The notes below the pieces were generated by a model that was not told the DNA's origin, did no database searches, and was given only the letters and a program-made list of their open reading frames with translations. DNA of 64,000 bases, taken from Candidatus Sumerlaeia bacterium (GTDB lineage Bacteria > Sumerlaeota > Sumerlaeia > SLMS01 > JANRJK01). Of this stretch, positions 57,701 to 64,000 are shown piece by piece (position 1 is the stretch's first letter; each line of letters begins with the position of its first letter). Position numbers and translations under genes: made by a program. Location of the stretch: NCBI GenBank assembly GCA_033764015.1, contig JANRJK010000013.1:160001-224000 (forward strand). Reading direction: 5' to 3'.

Positions 57701-60700
57701 GACAACGAAATCTAGAATTGACGAGCCCAGATAGGGAACACGACGAACCCTTGTTCCATCAATAGAATCGTAGATGCTAATCGTACCGTCATACTCGGAG
57801 ACGGCCAGTCTGCGATGGTCGCTCAACCATTGGCATCCGGTATCGCCGGCAGATGCAGAATCATAAAGCATAATCGTTCCCCCAGAGGTACTGATCCGAA
57901 AGGTCGTATTAACGCCAGTTGCGACGATAACCTCGGTGGAAGCAGAATTGAACTGGCTGGACCAACAAGGCCCGGCATCCGGGATTCCCAAATCGGTTGG
58001 GGAAAGGAAGTGGGTGAAAGTCACAAGTGATCCATCAGAAGTACGGTAGAGGCTAAGGTCACTGCGTTCGTTCCCGATCGCGACTAACAGGCCATCGGGC
58101 GAGAAGTCAGCTGCGCGGATCGAGGTGGGTTCGGTCGGGTAGGCATGGAGCTGGATCCCTGAGGCAACACTCCAAAGATATGCCTTCCCGTCCTGTCCTG
58201 CCGTTAGTAGCTTGTCGGAATCCGGACCGAAGCGCACGCGATTCACGGTACCGATGGCGGCGTTTAGCGTGCGCTCAAGCAAGTAATTGCTCGTCTCGTA
58301 CACTCGGCAGACTCCGTCGGCAGCGGCAACAGCCAGCTTGGTGCCGTCGGGCGAGAATCGAACTTCGATAACTTGCGTCCCACTCGGCGCCGCTTGGAAT
58401 CGCAATTCCTTCTGCCCCGTGGACGGATCCGCGATCACCACTTCCCCCTTCTGATTTCCGTAAGCGATTCTTGACTGATCGGGCATCCAGTCTACTGACA
58501 CCAACGTGGATGGGTATGCTGCAAAAGGGATGTCTTCGATCCTCAGCAACTGAACTCCCGAGAGTGGATCCCAGATTCGAATTGTTCCGTCGCGGCTGAC
58601 GCTCGCGAGCTTCTGCCCGTCTGGCGAGAATCTCGTATTGAGGACCGGTTTTCTGTGTCCCGTCAAGGTTCTGACGAGGGTACCAGTAGCACGATGAAAA
58701 AGTAGAATCCCCGCTGCGCTGGCGGAGGAGACGAAACGTCCTAGGGGATCGTCCTCGGACGCGGCTAGGAACCCGCCACCAGCCCGCTGGGTGGGAAGCG
58801 AAACCTCAGCAGGCTCCGTCTCTGGAATCGCAAAGGGGAGCGGTGTAACTCCGTTTCCCGCAATATCCTGCGATCCTCCGAGGTTTGGCCCCGGGGATGG
58901 TAGACCTGGAAGGAATTGATTCGAGAATCCCTGACACGTCGGGTCGGAAATCACCGCGAAGAGCTTGATGGTGCTTCCAGCGGGCGGCAACCCAAGCATC
59001 GAGAGCGGTACTCCCAGCTCTATCCCCGTTGCCACACTTTCCGGGTTTCCTGTCTGCGACCAACCAAAGGCGTACCCGGAACGGACGCCTTGTGTGTTGG
59101 AATTGTTAAGTCCCACTTCTAATCCCAAGCCGACATCCGCGAACGAGGGTCCCGTGACGTCATAGAAATCCCACAGGTGGCTATCTACTGCATCTAATCC
59201 TGGAGCCAATAGGTTGTAGGTCCAACGGAAATTCGGTGGGCCAAAGTCGACTGACAGTATAGTAGTCGCCCGGAATCCTGCAGGAAGCTGTGTCCCTCCT
59301 AAATTTCCCGGAGCGAAGTGCTCTTCACCGCCCGCGACACCTGGAAAAGTCCCCGAATATCCACCGGCGGCGGCAGGGTTGTCGAAGAAAAGTAGCAGTT
59401 TGTTGTGATTCGTTTCGAGGTTCCCGGCAAAAAACATGTACAGCATGTCCCCGTCGCTGGTTAGGTAAAGGGCATCCAACTCGGATCCGCCGCCGCCAAC
59501 CAGTTGTCCTGAGATCGGATCACCGAAACCTGTGTTGGTGGTTTGCACTGCCACAGGTGAACCATAATGCTCCGCATCTAGGGTCCCATCTACCCGTGGC
59601 TTTAGAGTCGAAGCCGCCGGTGTCGGCGTCGGCACCGGCGTTGGCGTCGGTTGCGGCCCGGGCCCCGTCGGCACAACGGCGAAGATCATCGCTCGCGTGG
59701 CGGTACCTCCGGAGGTGAAGTCGATCCACGTTGGCGTCGTGATCGTCGTTGTCGCCTGACGCCCGGGGCTGTCGGTCGAAACCGCCGCCGCCCAGAGCTC
59801 CCACGAATCGCCATCCCAGTAATAGAAGTCTGCGGACGAAACGCTGCGCGACGACGGGATGTCGTCGACGAACACCGTCCCCGCGTAGGCGCTAGCGTCG
59901 TTCTCAAGCTCAAGCGTCAGCTCGAGCGGGACCGCGAACGTTGCCGGTGGCGGCGTCGCGGGGTTCTCCGCGTTCGAGAAGACGATCTCCTTGATCGTCG
60001 CGTTCGTCGCGGGGAGGCCCAGCCCCGCGAGCCGGCTCGGCCACGCGGCGGACCACGGCCGCGTCCCCGGGAGCCCGGGCGCTTCCGGATTCAGGATGTC
60101 CCACGGCGTCGTGATCGTGACGAAGTGGTCCTCGGAGAGCGCGCCCTCCGGTACGGACAGCTTGATCCGGTCGTAAAGCGGCTCGAACAGACCACCCCGT
60201 CCGCGCGGCGACGAGGGCCGCGGCGCACTGGATCGCGCGGGCCCGCCGATCACGGACTGAGCCGTCTTGGCACGTCCCCGCGTGATGTTGCCGATCCCGA
60301 GCGACTCGCCCCAGTCGCCTGAGAAGGACACGGTGTAGGCTGTATCGCCCGTTGTCCCGACGTTGCGAATCCTGATCAGGTGCACACCGACCGGCGGATC
60401 GAGCGACGTCCACGTCTCCTCCGCGCCGATGCCGGCTCCCTCCTCGTCAATGCAGTAGGAGCTGCTTCCGCACGTCGGGGGCTGGCCATCGATCCAGATC
60501 TCCAGCACCACATCGGCGTCTGCGCCGAGTTGCGTCACCCGCACCGTGTGCGGAAGCCCCGGCTGCACCACCTGAAAGCGGATCCAGTCCTCGTCGCCCG
60601 TTGAGTGAAACGTGTGCGACTGGGACTGGCTTGCCAGAATGAAATTGAACGTCCCGGGGCCATTGTCCGCCAGAGCCTCGAACTCGTCCGGCGACGCGCC

Positions 60701-60805
60701 GAGCGCCGCTCCGGGGAGCATCGCCTGTCCAACGAATGTCGCGAGGCACGTGAGGAGAAAGCGAAAGTCGCGTCTGCAGCCAGCGGAAGCGAGCATGAGC
60801 AGCAT
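54785..60805 (-). CDS. Giant secreted protein: PPC-like, beta-sandwich, WD40 repeats, tandem clan CD (C13/caspase-like) peptidase domains, C-terminal WxxY tail
   Basis: Signal-like N-terminus; GH...FSPDG...IRIWD repeats; RAIIVAGGG, MVDHG, VVDCCYSG; ends APAGSGSWMSYE*. Confidence 0.85.
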   Translation of the reverse strand: MLLMLASAGCRRDFRFLLTCLATFVGQAMLPGAALGASPDEFEALADNGPGTFNFILASQSQSHTFHSTGDEDWIRFQVVQPGLPHTVRVTQLGADADVVLEIWIDGQPPTCGSSSYCIDEEGAGIGAEETWTSLDPPVGVHLIRIRNVGTTGDTAYTVSFSGDWGESLGIGNITRGRAKTAQSVIGGPARSSAPRPSSPRGRGGLFEPLYDRIKLSVPEGALSEDHFVTITTPWDILNPEAPGLPGTRPWSAAWPSRLAGLGLPATNATIKEIVFSNAENPATPPPATFAVPLELTLELENDASAYAGTVFVDDIPSSRSVSSADFYYWDGDSWELWAAAVSTDSPGRQATTTITTPTWIDFTSGGTATRAMIFAVVPTGPGPQPTPTPVPTPTPAASTLKPRVDGTLDAEHYGSPVAVQTTNTGFGDPISGQLVGGGGSELDALYLTSDGDMLYMFFAGNLETNHNKLLLFFDNPAAAGGYSGTFPGVAGGEEHFAPGNLGGTQLPAGFRATTILSVDFGPPNFRWTYNLLAPGLDAVDSHLWDFYDVTGPSFADVGLGLEVGLNNSNTQGVRSGYAFGWSQTGNPESVATGIELGVPLSMLGLPPAGSTIKLFAVISDPTCQGFSNQFLPGLPSPGPNLGGSQDIAGNGVTPLPFAIPETEPAEVSLPTQRAGGGFLAASEDDPLGRFVSSASAAGILLFHRATGTLVRTLTGHRKPVLNTRFSPDGQKLASVSRDGTIRIWDPLSGVQLLRIEDIPFAAYPSTLVSVDWMPDQSRIAYGNQKGEVVIADPSTGQKELRFQAAPSGTQVIEVRFSPDGTKLAVAAADGVCRVYETSNYLLERTLNAAIGTVNRVRFGPDSDKLLTAGQDGKAYLWSVASGIQLHAYPTEPTSIRAADFSPDGLLVAIGNERSDLSLYRTSDGSLVTFTHFLSPTDLGIPDAGPCWSSQFNSASTEVIVATGVNTTFRISTSGGTIMLYDSASAGDTGCQWLSDHRRLAVSEYDGTISIYDSIDGTRVRRVPYLGSSILDFVVSSDEQHVYSSLIDGQVVKWDFLTPSFEMAFTGHTGNVVDVALSPDGGRLATACPSDSTARIWDTQTGALLQTLPHGGPGVYCVAWSPDGQTLATGGGTEIETSAFSDNTISIWDSTTGSQLRFWVAGSQHVSGLAYSPDGSRLASAQDKTIKMWDPANGSLIVTMIGHDDDVSEVCFLGNGQRIVSGGGQFENNQSDFAARIWEVASGDLVAEYGAHNANITGLSFDAATGRLALASSDGTASIWDVAPPRAIIVAGGGPYDGNGIAEQTDELGAYAYQVLRARGYTAANILYLSAFGERDVDGDGISDVDGPSTVAELSDALTGSFAGEAGRLLVLMVDHGYTTEDFMAFRMNPSEGLTTTQMDTWLDDLQATSPVDVSLVVDCCYSGRFVDDCAKDAGNPTERKRIVISSTTRDSEAVFLPPPDLSSFMYTFLGSAYMGNSLGEAFRSADLFFQTFSVAQQRPQIDDGGAAGIDVANEEFFGATWAYGVQSTTDINQFFPAFDSVTPSGVQASAPVNLFARMLPGQTPLSVVATIRTPAPAVPTGDPVSNLPTIELVQNPGDPALWEATVDAEPFTIPGAYNISFVATFQNERLSNPRFATVTISSGTDPDATAIRALIAAGEGAGVLDNLAYQGIAALAKNIYEVRFQDNNGVPQPAWVRYRTPSTPTPVSAAEIVSSINTWAVSELPSDGRLFVHLAGDRAAAGELRLSAGDTLTAAQLDAALDSFQTARPAATAVVVLDTPGAGEWLTTLSAPGRVVILGSRAGDSGLYLWFAPFTSFSQRFLSSAYQGQPLRTAYRAGRNFFDTFLPGLVRPLLDDNGDGVADKNDGAVAGSLFLGRRYAFAGDDPSGLPFIVSARTPTPVIAAGASAIFEATLLEGVDPVRVYLTRRLPDGTLASPEEVDLTRVGATSVWQTATPITPAEPGQHILAFYAEYADGAETKLSDAAFASLTVVAAPAGSGSWMSYE

Positions 60806-61330
60806 CTCGAAAGGGTCCCTGATGGGGCACCGGGAATGAGCAATCGGAACTTGGATTTTTGGACATTCCGAGGATGACGCATGTCTGGATTCAAGTCAAC
60901 GGGTGTTATGGCCGGCTCGCAAGTCGTTTCCCCTCAGCGCTCGCCTGCCCGGAGTTGCCGTTTCGGGGGCCGCGCGGCCTTGCGTCGATGCAATCCAAGT
61001 GCGCCCTACCGTGGCCGAATTCTGGGAGGTCGGGGCGCGTCCACGCGGAGGGCGCTGGGAAGGGAGCCTGTTCCGACCGGCCGCTCGGGGGCACAGAGAG
61101 CCAGGAAGTCCCTGATTCTTGGCCGTCGCGTGGGCGGCCCTCAGGGTAGCGGGGATCATCCGCGTGTCATCCGGTCGAAGTCCGGTGGTGGTCCGGTGGA
61201 GGTTAGCGGGTGGACAATCCGGGAAACCCCTTGGTTGTCGGGTCAGGGGCGCCGGGGAGCGGATCTTGCTTCTTGAAGGAGTCCCGCCCCCGGGCGTAAA
61301 TGCCGTGTCGCTTCCGGAGCTCCGCCGCGC

Positions 61331-62020
61331 ATGAGACTGACGTTGTTGAGGCACGCCACGCTGGTGGTGGAATTCGCAGGAATGCGCCTCCTGGTGGACC
61401 CGATGCTGGGTCCCGCGCGGGTGGCGTTGCCGCGGCAGGCGGGCGAGGCGCTCGCGGGGCTGGACGGCGTGTGGGTGTCGCAGGTGGCGGCGGACCACTG
61501 CGACGGCGAGGCGCTGTCGTGGATGCCGGCGGATGTGGGCGTTTGGGGACCGGAGCCGGTGGCGGGTTGGCTGCGCTCGGCGGGCCTTGAACGCGCGCAG
61601 GCGATCACGAAGTTCTCGACCGTGGGTGGCGCACAGCTCATCCCCGTCCCGGCCGCGCAGCGCGGCGGTTCGGCGGCGCTGGTCCTGCGCGGGCGTGGCG
61701 AGCCGACGGTGCTGGTCGCAGGGGACCGGCCGGCGGACCCGGCGCTGGTGACGGCACTTCGTCATTACCGTCCGGACGTGGTGGCGCTCAGCGGCGGCGG
61801 CGCCGCGGGGGGCGCCGGCTTCGAGGCGACGCTCACCGCCGAATGCATGATCCCGCTCTTCAAGATAGTGCCCGAGGCGACCTTCATCGTGACGCACCTC
61901 GAGGCGCTTGGCGGCGGCGCGGAGTCCCGCGCGGCGGCGAAGGCGGCATTTGACGCGGCTGGAGTGCTGTACCAGGCGGCGATTCCCGCCGATGGCGAGA
62001 CGGTGCGCTTGACCGCCTGA
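61331..62020 (+). CDS. Metallo-beta-lactamase-fold protein, degenerate metal site
   Basis: MRLTLLRHATLVVEFAGMRLLVDPML, VAGD, VTHLEA, IPADGE. HxHxDH is replaced by QVAADH. Confidence 0.75.
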   Translation: MRLTLLRHATLVVEFAGMRLLVDPMLGPARVALPRQAGEALAGLDGVWVSQVAADHCDGEALSWMPADVGVWGPEPVAGWLRSAGLERAQAITKFSTVGGAQLIPVPAAQRGGSAALVLRGRGEPTVLVAGDRPADPALVTALRHYRPDVVALSGGGAAGGAGFEATLTAECMIPLFKIVPEATFIVTHLEALGGGAESRAAAKAAFDAAGVLYQAAIPADGETVRLTA

Positions 62021-62045
62021 GCCGCCTGGCGGCAAGGCTCCCCGC

Positions 62046-62987
62046 ATGTCGAAGACTCCCATCCTACCTGCGACGCCGGACGCAGTCGCGCGCGCCGCCG
62101 AGGTGCTGCGCGGCGGTGGCCTCGTCGCGATCCCGACGGAGACCGTGTACGGCCTCGCGGTGCGGGCGGACAGCGACGCGGCGGTGGCGCGGCTGTACGC
62201 GGCGAAGGGGCGTCCGGCAACTAATCCCTTGATTGTGCACGTGCCGGACCTCGGGGCGGCGGAGCGCTGGGCCGCGCCGATGCCGGAGTTGGCGGCGCGG
62301 TTGGCGGGGTTGTTCTGGCCCGGTCCGCTCACGCTGGTGGTGCCGGCGGCGGCGGGGCTGTCGCCGCGGGCCCTGGGCGGCGGCGACACGGTGGGCCTTC
62401 GCGCGCCGGACCATCCGGTGGCGCTGGCGCTGCTGCGGGAGTGCGGGCTGCCGCTGGCGGCGCCGAGCGCGAACGCGAGCGGACGCCTGTCGCCGACGAC
62501 CGCGGAGGCGGTGCTCGACACGCTGGACGGCTTGATCGACCTGGTGCTGGACGGTGGCGCGTGCGCGGTCGGGATCGAGTCGACCGTGCTTGATGCGTGC
62601 TGCGATCCGCCGCGGGTGCTGCGCCCGGGTGTGTTGACGGCGGAGCAGCTCGCGGACGCGCTGGGCGCGCCGGTGCTGGGGGTGGCGGGGGAGCAGGGGC
62701 CGGGTCCGGCCCGCTCGCCGGGGCTGCTGACGCGGCACTACGCGCCATCGGTGCCGCTGGTGGTGGGCGGCGAGGCGGGCTCGGGCGACTTCTCGGTACA
62801 GTGGGGCCCGGGCGCCGCGGATGCGGCCCTGCCGCTGGAGCCACGGGCCGCCGCTGCGGCGTTGTTCGCGGAACTGCGCCGCGCGGAGCGTTCCGGCGCG
62901 CGGCGGATCGTCGTGGCGGAGCCGCCTCCGGGGCCGGAGTGGGCGGGAATCCGCGACCGGCTGCGGAGGGCCTCGGCGGCGGAGTGA
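62046..62987 (+). CDS. tsaC: L-threonylcarbamoyladenylate synthase (Sua5-type)
   Basis: PTETVYGL, AKGRPATNPLIVH, FWPGPLTL, AAPSANASG, GIESTV, SPGLLTRHYAP, IRDRLRRAS. Confidence 0.95.
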   Translation: MSKTPILPATPDAVARAAEVLRGGGLVAIPTETVYGLAVRADSDAAVARLYAAKGRPATNPLIVHVPDLGAAERWAAPMPELAARLAGLFWPGPLTLVVPAAAGLSPRALGGGDTVGLRAPDHPVALALLRECGLPLAAPSANASGRLSPTTAEAVLDTLDGLIDLVLDGGACAVGIESTVLDACCDPPRVLRPGVLTAEQLADALGAPVLGVAGEQGPGPARSPGLLTRHYAPSVPLVVGGEAGSGDFSVQWGPGAADAALPLEPRAAAAALFAELRRAERSGARRIVVAEPPPGPEWAGIRDRLRRASAAE

Positions 62988-63045
62988 GGGCGATCCTTGC
63001 GCCGCGGGGCGGAGCGGTCGATATCCTGAACGCGCGCTGCGGCTA

Positions 63046-64000
63046 ATGCGCGCGCAAGGACCCCGCCCTCCGTTGCAGCTCCACCTCCTCAAGTTCCTCT
63101 TCTTCGGACGCGCAACGCCGGAGGACGCACCCGTAGCCGTGCACCGGCGCAACGGGATCGCCATCTCGTTCCTCGAGGGCGCTTGGGCCCAGGTTTGGAT
63201 CACGCTGACCGCGGGGAAGTTCCTCGTGGACCTCATCCGGCACCTCGGAGGCGGCGACCTCGAAATCGCGCTGATCAGCGCGGTGCCGTTCCTGTTCGGT
63301 CCGGCGCAGCTCCTTGGGGCCTACCTCTGCACCCACTTCGGTTCGCGCAAGAAGGTCATCCTCGTCTCCGCGTTCATCAACCGGCAGATCTGGTGGCTTG
63401 CGGTCCCGCTGATCCTGCTGCCGCTGGACAGCTCCGTGCGGTTCGGGCTTTTCTTCCTGATGTACTTGGTGAGCCAGTTCGCCGGACAGATCACGAACAA
63501 CACGTGGCTGAGCTGGACCGCGGACCTGCTGCCGACGCAGCTGCGGGGCCGGATCATCGGCGCGCGCAACGCGCTGATCCTCGGGATCGCGACGCTGGCG
63601 GACTTCGGCGCCTCGGCGGTGCGCGACGGTTTCGGCGAGGCGGGCCGGACGGCGGCGCTGGCGCTGATCTTCGGCGTCGCCGCGTTCGCGGCGCTGGTGA
63701 GCGTGAACCTGTTCCGGCGGCAGTGGGAGCCTCCGCTCGCGTCGCGCGAGCTGCCGCCGCTGCGCAAGATCCTCGGCGCCTGCTGGCGAAACGCGGACGT
63801 CAAGCGGCTGCAGACCGCGGTGCTGCTCTGGAGCTTCGCCGTCGGCGTCGGCGGCCCGTTCTTCACCCCTTTCATGATGGACGACCTCGAGCTGAGCTTC
63901 ATCATGATCCTGTGGTACACGCTCATCGTCTCGGGCCTGAGCATGTTGATGAACGCGTTCTTCTGGGGGCACATCGTCGACAAGGCGGGGACGCTGCCGG
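63046..64000 (+). CDS. MFS transporter (partial, runs off window)
   Basis: Open frame from the ATG at 63046: ISFLEGAWAQVW..., WLSWTADLLPTQLRGRIIGARN, FWGHIVDKAG; multiple TM helices. Confidence 0.85.
   Translation, partial: MRAQGPRPPLQLHLLKFLFFGRATPEDAPVAVHRRNGIAISFLEGAWAQVWITLTAGKFLVDLIRHLGGGDLEIALISAVPFLFGPAQLLGAYLCTHFGSRKKVILVSAFINRQIWWLAVPLILLPLDSSVRFGLFFLMYLVSQFAGQITNNTWLSWTADLLPTQLRGRIIGARNALILGIATLADFGASAVRDGFGEAGRTAALALIFGVAAFAALVSVNLFRRQWEPPLASRELPPLRKILGACWRNADVKRLQTAVLLWSFAVGVGGPFFTPFMMDDLELSFIMILWYTLIVSGLSMLMNAFFWGHIVDKAGTLP

Noticed and set aside
60970..61115. Cobalamin riboswitch-like words (ctgggaagg ... gagccagga)
   Set aside because: The core elements (GGGAA-CGGTG-AATCCG, GCCACTG) are missing and the downstream gene is unrelated to B12. 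An Rfam scan would be needed to revive it.

Overview
A GC-rich bacterial chromosomal window. A Sumerlaeota/BRC1- or Planctomycete-like origin is my impression from gene content and is not proven. About 36 genes and gene remnants are present. Housekeeping genes include the rsmD 3' end, acpS, tilS, cca, tsaC/sua5, a ferredoxin, a MoxR-like ATPase, a MacB-type permease and an MFS transporter. Also present are an AtuA-like catabolic pair, an orphan secretin, a short XPF/ERCC4 nuclease, and a ~28-kb block (32.4-60.8 kb) of giant secreted proteins interleaved with membrane Ser/Thr kinase-TPR proteins, a Crp-like regulator and a cyclase-ATPase-TPR protein. The main candidate for an undescribed system is a shared C-terminal tail (small-residue linker + W-x-x-Y, then stop or one more residue) on three unrelated giant secreted proteins, with a probable stop-lost fourth copy. 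It looks like a lineage-specific protein sorting/export signal. Other notable items: an integrase-less low-GC cassette flanked by a duplicated gene 3' end, with a G10 tract in its putative promoter and a 12-Cys secreted protein; a kinase subfamily with Gln in place of the catalytic-loop Asn; a cyclase with non-adenylate specificity residues; an in-frame low-GC WD40 module inside a clan-CD peptidase gene; and several deletion scars (TIR fragment, ATP-grasp fragment, IS630-like remnant). No rRNA, tRNA, CRISPR array, intact transposase, integrase or reverse transcriptase was recognised. All family calls come from reading motifs by eye; no database searches were run.
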